From Pseudomonadota bacterium (GTDB lineage Bacteria; Bdellovibrionota_B; Oligoflexia; Oligoflexales; CAIMVM01): a stretch of DNA of 12,870 nt. The notes beneath the pieces were generated by a model. The model did no database searches and had not been told where the DNA came from. It saw only the letters and a program-made list of their open reading frames with translations. How positions within the stretch are numbered: the stretch's first letter is position 1; every line of letters starts with the position of its first letter. A program made the position numbers and the translations under genes. Location: contig JBAXBA010000094.1 of the NCBI GenBank assembly GCA_037142195.1, positions 1 through 12,870 of the forward strand, read 5' to 3'. Of this stretch, positions 1 to 6,603 are shown one piece after another.

Positions 1-198
1 TCAAGTCGGCAGGGTCAGATTCAAAAATTGGGGCCTTTTCGGCTAGGCTCTAGCTGGTCATTCAGATAAAGATTTTGGCCATTCTGTGGGTTTTCGATCA
101 AAGCCATCCGCAACATTTTCTGTCTAAGAAATATTTTACTGCTGCAGCTGAATTTCAATTGTTGCCATAATAGAATTCGCAGATGCTTAAAGTATTTT

Positions 199-230
199 AT
201 ATTTCATCGATTGAAGGTCAATCGAAATAT
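199..230. terminator. Inverted repeat downstream of the acyl-CoA dehydrogenase (possible terminator or protein-binding site)
   Basis: Perfect 8 bp arms TCGATTGA (207-214) / TCAATCGA (218-225) with a 3 nt loop, extendable by AT-rich flanks. It lies about 50 nt past the stop codon. The stem is AT-rich and has no clean U-tract on the minus strand. Confidence 0.3.
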
Positions 231-277
231 ATCATGATGCGGGCATCTTTTTCCAGATCCTGTGTGATCAATCGCGA

Positions 278-1420
278 TTAAAATTTGCAGTCATAGAGAT
301 GTCTGGAAATGATCATGCGCTGAATTTGACTGGTGCCTTCGTAGATTTGATAAATTTTCGCATCTCGCATGAGCATTTCTACGGGATACTCTCGATTGTA
401 GCCGTAGCCACCAAAGATTTGTACGGCATCAGTCGTGATACGCATGCATGTGTCGGCGGCATTAAGCTTCGCGAGAGCTGCGAAATAAGTGTTTTTTCTT
501 CCCATGTCAGCTTCATATCCCGCTTTCCAAGTGAGAAGTCGTGACGCCTCAATGTCTCTTGCCATGTCTGCGATCATAAAGGAGATCCCTTGGTTTTCAT
601 AAATGGACTTTCCAAAGGTAGTTCGGTTCTTGGCATATTCAATGGAGCATTCTAGAGCTCTTTGCGCGACGCCGACTGCGCTGCCCGCTACTGCAGGTCT
701 TGTTTTGTCGAATGCTGACATAGCCAATCGAAAGCCGTCGCCTTCTTTGCCAAGTAGGTATTTTTGTGGGATTTCGACGTTTTCAAAAATGACACATCTC
801 GTGTCAGAGCATCTCTGTCCCATATTGTCTTCTTTTTTTCCGATGGTGATTCCAGGAAGGTTAGCCGGTATCACAAATCCACTCATACCTTTATGCCCCG
901 CTGAAATGTCGGTCTTAGCCAGGACAAAAAACCATGCTGCGTGTCCTGCGTTGGTAATCCACATTTTGGTGCCATTGATAATGTATTTGTCACCCTGCTT
1001 TTTAGCGGTAGTCCGAATGCCTGCTACGTCGCTACCCGCGTCGGGTTCTGTCACGCAATAGGCAGCCATGAGAGGGGCCTCTACCATGGGCGATAGAAAC
1101 TCCTTCCACTGGGCCTCATTGCCGCCTAAAACGACTGGAATCCCTGCAAGCTCATTGGCAATGGCCGCTGTACCAAACCCTGCACTTCCATAAGAAAAGG
1201 CTTCTGCGAGAAGACAGTGGCCTAAAACCCCTATGCCTAGTCCCCCAGCTTTTTCCGGAATAAATGCGCTCAATAGTCCGAGCTCGTGACACTTCTTAAG
1301 CTGTTCTAAAGGATACTGGGCGTGATCATCCAAGTGCCGCGCTACGGGCCATACTTCTTTATTGGCAAAATCTTTTGCAAGATCGAACATTTGTTTTAAT
1401 TCGTCAGTCAAATCGAACAT
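278..1420 (-). CDS. Acyl-CoA dehydrogenase, medium-chain (MCAD/ACADM-like)
   Basis: 380 aa. ACAD signatures AYCVTEPDAGSD, NGTKMWITN, GQRCSDT, QIFGGYGY, and RDAKIYQIYEGTSQIQR containing the catalytic Glu. SD GAGGAG at 1432-1427. Confidence 0.96.
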   Translation of the reverse strand: MFDLTDELKQMFDLAKDFANKEVWPVARHLDDHAQYPLEQLKKCHELGLLSAFIPEKAGGLGIGVLGHCLLAEAFSYGSAGFGTAAIANELAGIPVVLGGNEAQWKEFLSPMVEAPLMAAYCVTEPDAGSDVAGIRTTAKKQGDKYIINGTKMWITNAGHAAWFFVLAKTDISAGHKGMSGFVIPANLPGITIGKKEDNMGQRCSDTRCVIFENVEIPQKYLLGKEGDGFRLAMSAFDKTRPAVAGSAVGVAQRALECSIEYAKNRTTFGKSIYENQGISFMIADMARDIEASRLLTWKAGYEADMGRKNTYFAALAKLNAADTCMRITTDAVQIFGGYGYNREYPVEMLMRDAKIYQIYEGTSQIQRMIISRHLYDCKF

Positions 1421-1549
1421 TTTTTACTCCTCTTAATTAAGAACTATTTTACTTCACAATAATGCAGTTAGCGAGGGCTCCCCAAAAAATGTTTTTTACC
1501 CAAAAAGTTATCTTATAGCCGAAAAGGTAGGGGCCAATTCAGTTTGCGA

Positions 1550-1942
1550 TCAATGGAATTCATAGCCTTGAAGGAGTGGAAAGCACTGATAGAAACTTTT
1601 ATGAAATTCAATAGAGACATCTTTTTTGCTTCCGTTCCTAAAAAGTCGGGTGAAGGATAGATGAAGAGTTAGGGGGAATATTCTTGGAAAGGCAGATGAA
1701 CAAGCGGGATAAGTTAGCAAAGGGACCAGGGCGCTTAAAGATTCATGGTGTCCCATTCTTAGGCGATTAGAAATGAGGCTTTGCTTGAAAAAGTAGCAGA
1801 AACAGATTTGTGCTAAGCAAAAAGTCGCGCTGAGCTGTGGATTGAGCTCAAGGTAGACTATAGCTCTAGGAATGCCTGGTCTTCTTGCTCTTAGTGCTAC
1901 ATCCGAAACCAGTGCGCTCACAAATGTAGCGTTGAGGTCCAT
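1550..1942 (-). CDS. Hypothetical protein (~130 aa)
   Basis: ORF from ATG 1942 fills most of the gap between dnaJ and the acyl-CoA dehydrogenase in the same orientation. No recognisable domain and no clear SD. Confidence 0.45.
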   Translation of the reverse strand: MDLNATFVSALVSDVALRARRPGIPRAIVYLELNPQLSATFCLAQICFCYFFKQSLISNRLRMGHHESLSALVPLLTYPACSSAFPRIFPLTLHLSFTRLFRNGSKKDVSIEFHKSFYQCFPLLQGYEFH

Positions 1943-1988
1943 GAAAATATCACGGACAAAAATCAAGCGAACAAGAAAACAACAACCT

Positions 1989-2894
1989 CTACAAGCCTAT
2001 TTTGGCAAGCTCCTCAATTCGAGACACCTGTTCCGTGGACAGGGAGTCGGGCACCTCGTAGGAAATCACAGCGTAAAAGTCCCCTCGAGAACCTTGGGAG
2101 GTCGGAAATCCAAGTTCTCTAAGGCGAAGCTTAGTACCCGGCTTGACGCCTCTTGGAACTTTAATCTTTTTCGTTCCATCCAGAGTTAAAACTTCTTTGG
2201 AAGTTCCCAGGAGCCCTTCTGAAATTTTGACCGGCACATCGACTTCAATATCATCACCGTTTCTTTTGAATTTAGGGTGTGGTGAGACCACAATATTCAC
2301 ATAAAGGTCGCCAGGTTTGCCCTGAGGTATGGGAGCTCTCGCCCCTTTGCCTGCCACACGAAGTTTGGTGCCTTCTTTCGCCCCTTTAGGAACGGTTACT
2401 GATAGGTTTACAGTGGTTCCATCGCTCAGTGAAAAATTGACCGGCCGTTTTGCACCATGAAAAGCTTCTTCGAAGGAAACGTCGAGATTAAACTCCACAT
2501 CTTGGCCCTTCATTTGACGGCTGTCGCCAAATCCCCCGCGTCCTCGACCGGCCCCAGCATATCCGCCGCCCATGGAGCCGAAAATTCTAGAAAAGATATC
2601 GCCGCCCAAGTCAAATTCCTGAAAGACCTGGCCAAAATCCGTATTTCTAAAAATATCTTCTTGGCTATATTTTTGGTGAAATCCAGAATTGCCAAACATA
2701 TCATATTGTTTCTTTTTTTCATCATCTGACAAAACGGCATAAGCTTCGCTAATCTCTTTAAACTTAGCCTCAGCCTCAGTATTGCCTTGATTGCGGTCAG
2801 GATGGAATTTAAGGGCTAACTTACGGTAGGATTTTTTGATTTCATCCGCCGTTGCATTTTTACTAACCCCTAAAACTTCATAATAGTCACGCAT
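1989..2894 (-). CDS. Class B J-domain co-chaperone (DnaJ/CbpA-like, no zinc finger)
   Basis: [10 protein letters not shown] start, HPD motif, G/F-rich region and DnaJ C-terminal domains (GDLYV, GDFYAVI). No CxxCxGxG repeats. ATG 2894 is preceded by SD AGGAG, giving 301 aa. Confidence 0.95.
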   Translation of the reverse strand: MRDYYEVLGVSKNATADEIKKSYRKLALKFHPDRNQGNTEAEAKFKEISEAYAVLSDDEKKKQYDMFGNSGFHQKYSQEDIFRNTDFGQVFQEFDLGGDIFSRIFGSMGGGYAGAGRGRGGFGDSRQMKGQDVEFNLDVSFEEAFHGAKRPVNFSLSDGTTVNLSVTVPKGAKEGTKLRVAGKGARAPIPQGKPGDLYVNIVVSPHPKFKRNGDDIEVDVPVKISEGLLGTSKEVLTLDGTKKIKVPRGVKPGTKLRLRELGFPTSQGSRGDFYAVISYEVPDSLSTEQVSRIEELAKIGL

Positions 2895-2923
2895 ATTTAC
2901 TCCTGAATTCAAAGGCCCTTGTA

Positions 2924-2951
2924 AAACTAAGCTTTAATTGCCAATTGTCAA
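2924..2951 (-). promoter_or_regulatory. Sigma70-type promoter for the dnaJ-like gene
   Basis: Consensus TTGACA (2951-2946), 16 nt spacer, TAGTTT (2929-2924), about 30 nt upstream of the ATG. Confidence 0.55.
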
Positions 2952-2963
2952 TATAGAATGGTG

Positions 2964-3121
2964 CAGAATGCATGGGAATCTAGGTTGCTTGAACCTGCCG
3001 CCTAAGCCATCGTGGACAAATTCTCCTTGTCGGGAGAAAAGACTTTCAGATTTTGTCAGAATGCGCAGGAGAGTTTCCAAAAAGCTCCCTCCCCAAGGAC
3101 CTATTGCGGGTGCATTTCCTG
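2964..3121. ncRNA. Candidate structured RNA (6S-like size and rod shape; family and strand unresolved)
   Basis: Six nested Watson-Crick helices: 2967-72/3111-16, 2981-85/3099-3103, 2988-91/3094-97, 2994-98/3065-69, 3015-20/3052-57 and 3021-26/3033-38. A side hairpin lies at about 3069-3089. No credible CDS in this spacer. Confidence 0.4.
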
Positions 3122-3153
3122 AAGGCTCAAGTTTCAATCCAGCCGATTGAGAT

Positions 3154-3771
3154 CTAGTGTTTTAAAAGCCACTGGATCTTCTTAAGTTGCCTTAGGGTAG
3201 ACACTTCGTCAGTAACTTGGCTCACTTCACTAAATGGGAACCATTTTAGGTCGTCGGATTCATCTGAGATTTGTAGATCTAGGTCTTTTGCTACAAACAA
3301 ATAACGCACGTCAAAGTGAAGATGTTCTGGAACATCTTTTTTTGCAGGTATAACATGAATATCAAAGTCAAAGGGTAAAGTGGTCTCTGGAGTTGATACG
3401 CCGTGAATGTCCAAGGGATTCAAAAGGTAAAAGTCCTTCAGGCCCGACTCTTCTTCTACTTCATTTCGAGCTACCTGCCAGGTGAGCGGATTGCCATCGC
3501 TATGGCCGCCAAGCTGCAGCCATTTGCCGAGCTTTTTATGCAGGGTTAAGACGACGCTACCGTGATCTGGGTCTATCACCATGGCAGAGCCCGTAATATG
3601 ACCAAAGAGATTTGAGCGTTCGAAGCAGTCCTCATGCTTTTCTAAAAAGTCATAAAATCGGCCGATTGTCTCGAGTTCCACTTCAGGCGCTGAAATGTCA
3701 GCAGGCCAATGGCCGGCTAAATGTGTTCGATAAGCAGCTAAAACTTCTAACAAATAGGATTGATTCACCAT
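3154..3771 (-). CDS. NUDIX hydrolase
   Basis: 205 aa. Motifs GHITGSA, HKKLGKWLQLGGH, Nudix box GGHSDG...ARNEVEEESGL, and DIHVIP...HLHFDVRY. SD GAGGT upstream. Confidence 0.93.
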   Translation of the reverse strand: MVNQSYLLEVLAAYRTHLAGHWPADISAPEVELETIGRFYDFLEKHEDCFERSNLFGHITGSAMVIDPDHGSVVLTLHKKLGKWLQLGGHSDGNPLTWQVARNEVEEESGLKDFYLLNPLDIHGVSTPETTLPFDFDIHVIPAKKDVPEHLHFDVRYLFVAKDLDLQISDESDDLKWFPFSEVSQVTDEVSTLRQLKKIQWLLKH

Positions 3772-3791
3772 ATTTCATACCTCTTTCGAGG

Positions 3792-3836
3792 ATCTTATAG
3801 ATTTCACTTGGCGAGTCAAGGGAGAGAAGCTAGAGT
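3792..3836. promoter_or_regulatory. Overlapping divergent sigma70-type promoters (NUDIX gene / 550 aa gene)
   Basis: Plus strand: TTGGCG (3808-3813), N17, TAGAGT (3831-3836). Minus strand: TTGACT (3819-3814), N16, TAAGAT (3797-3792). Confidence 0.45.
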
Positions 3837-3861
3837 GCAGTCAAATAATCCAGAGAACCCC

Positions 3862-5514
3862 ATGAAAATATTTCGCATATTTTTAGCTCTTTTAGGCTGT
3901 GTATTGGTTGGTATTCTATTTTGGTGGAAAGCCATAGAAGGCCCAAAGGCCATTGATATTGTAGAAAAATCAAGTCAGGTTCAAGAGGAATCCAAGCAAA
4001 CGATTCAAAAAATATCTATGTCAGTAAGCAATGGAGCCGGACTTCAGGGTAGAGAAATCTCTACTCAACTTACTGCAGAAGGAATGTTTCATATTGGCTT
4101 GAAGGGACTCTCTTCCATCACTTTCAAGAAGGTCAGAGGCACCATCGAAGGGCAGGGGAACATTACGCCTGCTTGGGCTCAGTTTGAAGAGGGTGTATTA
4201 GTTATCGATAGAATGAATTCCTTAAGCACATTGGCTTGGAAAGGAAAGACTCTAGGCGCAGTAGAGTGGAATATCCTAAGACTTCTCGCCAATGCAATTC
4301 CCCCCGTGCAGCGCTTTCATTCCGAAAGCAAAGTCTCTTATAAGCTTGATGATTTATATGGAAGTGGGGATTGGGTTTGGGTTGCTACCAAGGCTCAAGA
4401 TGATTCTGTGAAGTGGACCTCCTCTTTTGTTCCTGAGAAGAATCAGGGAGACAATTTTTGGAAACGGGATTCCCTTTGGACAATTTTGAAAACCAAAGAT
4501 TCCTTTCATATAGTCGCCCATGATGTACTCGGAATATCAGTAAAGGATGGTAAAAGTCTCGTGATAGATTCTCGAGGTGATATTCAGCTGGGCCAGCCGG
4601 AAAAGAGCACCATGGATCTGAGTGTCTACAAGGATTTGGCATTTTTACCTCTTAGACCCATTGCAGATCAAACAAGCACCACTGCTGCATCGAATCAAAA
4701 GTCAAAAGAACAATTGATAAAACAACTTAGGGACAACAGCCGAGAAGGTTATTTTGATTTTAAAAACTCCTTAGATCTTGGGGAATGGTCCGAAGAAGAC
4801 CTTATGAAATTAGCGAAAGAGCTGGACAGAAAAAGTCAGGGCTATCGTGATTTTCTTGCTGTACTCGCTCAAACAAAAGCTAGCCTTGGCAAGGAAATGC
4901 TTTTGGGTCTGGTAAAGCAAAAGTGGGATCACTCACCGGATTTAGTAAAGATGATTCCTCTTTTAGGTCAGGGATCCAGTTACAATCAAGACGTTATTGA
5001 CTGGCTAGGTTATGCTTCCGAAAATCATCCAGTCGATGAGGTTAAAACTACGTCTAGACTAGCGATGGGCACCGTAGCGAATAGTCTACGAGAAAGTCAC
5101 CCAGAAATTGCTCAAAAGATTCTAGAAGATTCTTTTGATAAGCTTCATCAATTCACAGATAAAAATGAAATATCTGCAGTTACCGATATGCTGGCATCGA
5201 TTGGTAATAGTGGCGGCGATGGCATTGAATCTAAACTTGATGCCTGGTACGGGCACTCGAGCGCAGACGTGCGAGCAGCGGCCTATTTTGCCCTTCGCCA
5301 TGAACTCAATCAGCAAAAGGCAGTACAAAGGCTCTTAATAGGAATGGATGATTCCAGCCGAGTAGTTCGAGGTCGCACGGTTGAGGCATTAGAGTCGATG
5401 AAACTAAACCAAGAACAGATAAAAAATTTGGCGAATAAAGCGCGAGAGGAAAAAGATCCCCAGGTTAAATCGGCGCTTAACGATATATTGTCACAAAATC
5501 GATCTAAAATTTAG
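3862..5514 (+). CDS. Membrane-anchored HEAT-repeat protein with vitellogenin/MTP-like N-terminal beta and alpha-helical domains
   Basis: 550 aa from ATG 3862; the longer ORF start overlaps the NUDIX gene. It has an N-terminal hydrophobic anchor, a beta-rich region with NILRLLANAI...DDLYG, and helical repeats FLAVLAQT, TSRLAMGTVA, LASIGNSG, VRAAAYFALRH and DDSSRVVRGRTVEAL. Confidence 0.75.
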   Translation: MKIFRIFLALLGCVLVGILFWWKAIEGPKAIDIVEKSSQVQEESKQTIQKISMSVSNGAGLQGREISTQLTAEGMFHIGLKGLSSITFKKVRGTIEGQGNITPAWAQFEEGVLVIDRMNSLSTLAWKGKTLGAVEWNILRLLANAIPPVQRFHSESKVSYKLDDLYGSGDWVWVATKAQDDSVKWTSSFVPEKNQGDNFWKRDSLWTILKTKDSFHIVAHDVLGISVKDGKSLVIDSRGDIQLGQPEKSTMDLSVYKDLAFLPLRPIADQTSTTAASNQKSKEQLIKQLRDNSREGYFDFKNSLDLGEWSEEDLMKLAKELDRKSQGYRDFLAVLAQTKASLGKEMLLGLVKQKWDHSPDLVKMIPLLGQGSSYNQDVIDWLGYASENHPVDEVKTTSRLAMGTVANSLRESHPEIAQKILEDSFDKLHQFTDKNEISAVTDMLASIGNSGGDGIESKLDAWYGHSSADVRAAAYFALRHELNQQKAVQRLLIGMDDSSRVVRGRTVEALESMKLNQEQIKNLANKAREEKDPQVKSALNDILSQNRSKI

Positions 5515-5531
5515 AAATTTGATTTTTTTCT

Positions 5532-5560
5532 TTGCCGATTTTTCTTCAAATCTATATAGT
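5532..5560 (+). promoter_or_regulatory. Sigma70-type promoter upstream of the 277 aa gene
   Basis: TTGCCG (5532-5537), 17 nt spacer, TATAGT (5555-5560), in an AT-rich spacer. Confidence 0.55.
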
Positions 5561-5635
5561 TTTTTTAATTCTTAATGTGTCATTTAGCGATTACGTCTCA
5601 AAATCATTTGAGCGATACTGCATAAGGAGATCAGC

Positions 5636-6469
5636 ATGAAGTCTGTTATTATGGCCCTTGCATCCCTAACCTCGGTGCAAGCATTTGCCTCCGTAGATTG
5701 TAAACCGTGGAAAAAAACTTTCGGGGATATGACGGCAAATCCCAGCGTCGATGTAGCTGCTGAAGTTTGTCTTATTTTGCCTCAAAGCTCCCCAAAGAAT
5801 TTACGAGGAACGGCCGTTGATACAACTGCTTCCGCGACTTTGGTCGTAGAGGGTGGTGAGAAACGCTTAGGCTTAGCCAAGTGGCGCGGTGGTTTGGAAA
5901 TTACGGAAGAAGGAAAAGCTGTAGCGAAGGGAAGCGTGCTAGCAGCAGGTCAAGAGGTTTGGAAGGGTCAATGGAGTGTCGGTAGCGTGCAAGTTTCTAA
6001 AGAGTTTGATCTCATGAATATCGACCAGAAGTATACGCGTGTTGTCATGGTGGGAATTATTCCTGCGAACCTAAATGTCGGCATTAGAACCACGGGATCG
6101 CTCCAAGTGTCTGCGGGTGCGGGAATTCAAACAGCAAATATTTCAGCGATGCCTATTACGAACTCTGATTTGTATGCCGAAGCAGGACTGGGTAGCGAAA
6201 TGATTTTCATTGGCATTCAAGGGAAAGTTGATCTACTCCGTGAACGCTTACTAACCGGCGCAACTCTAGAAGTCGTGCCTAGAGAAAATAATGAAGTAGC
6301 ATTGAAGGCAACCTATAAAGGAACAAATATAGTTTCTGCATTAAAAGGTGAAATCAATGCCATTGTAAAAGCTGAAGGTGGATTTGAACAATCTCTATCT
6401 TTATACTCGTGGCCTGGATACTCCGAGGAAAAAGAAATTTTTAATGGTACATGGCTTAAAAATATCTAA
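5636..6469 (+). CDS. Secreted all-beta protein, possibly the lipid-binding sheet of an LLTP-like complex
   Basis: 277 aa. Sec signal peptide MKSVIMALASLTSVQAFA|S and a strong SD TAAGGAG. Long runs of alternating amphipathic strands rich in G/V/A/T. Motif VMVGIIPANLNVG. Confidence 0.7.
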   Translation: MKSVIMALASLTSVQAFASVDCKPWKKTFGDMTANPSVDVAAEVCLILPQSSPKNLRGTAVDTTASATLVVEGGEKRLGLAKWRGGLEITEEGKAVAKGSVLAAGQEVWKGQWSVGSVQVSKEFDLMNIDQKYTRVVMVGIIPANLNVGIRTTGSLQVSAGAGIQTANISAMPITNSDLYAEAGLGSEMIFIGIQGKVDLLRERLLTGATLEVVPRENNEVALKATYKGTNIVSALKGEINAIVKAEGGFEQSLSLYSWPGYSEEKEIFNGTWLKNI

Positions 6470-6538
6470 TGACCCTTTGTATTCAAAAAAAGTTTCCAGG
6501 TTTCTAGAAACGCTTGTTTTTCTGACCTATTTTCATCG

Positions 6539-6564
6539 GCGGCCCTATTCGGGGTCGCTTTTTT
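6539..6564 (+). terminator. Intrinsic terminator
   Basis: GC-rich hairpin GCGGCCCT-ATTC-GGGGTCGC (two G-U pairs) followed directly by a T tract, between the 277 aa gene and recJ. Confidence 0.65.
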
Positions 6565-6603
6565 ATAAAGTCTACGTATGATCGCTCAAAATAGGAGCCA
6601 CCC

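Noticed and set aside
1..198. Possible gene fragment at the left edge
   Set aside because: The frames examined on both strands are interrupted by stops within a short distance, and I see no recognisable homology to support a CDS or pseudogene.
1382..1422. Direct repeat ATCGAACATTT (MFDL twice at the N-terminus of the acyl-CoA dehydrogenase)
   Set aside because: Only two short copies within coding sequence. The first ATG has the SD and gives the normal family length.
2958..3000. Minus-strand GGTTCAAG...GCACCA resembling a tRNA or tmRNA 3' end
   Set aside because: T-arm spacing and acceptor-stem pairing do not fit a cloverleaf, and there is no tmRNA-like 5' end.
2934..3150. 67 aa (-) and 70 aa (+) ORFs in the NUDIX-dnaJ spacer
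   Set aside because: TTG starts, no convincing SD and no recognisable protein features. The region is better explained by RNA structure and the dnaJ promoter.
3760..3861. N-terminal extension of the 584 aa ORF
   Set aside because: It overlaps the NUDIX start and the promoter region. The hydrophobic anchor begins right after ATG 3862.
3862..3900. Possible lipobox LALLG|C in the 550 aa protein
   Set aside because: The Cys is at position 13 and is followed by more hydrophobic residues (VLVGILFWW), which fits an uncleaved transmembrane anchor better.
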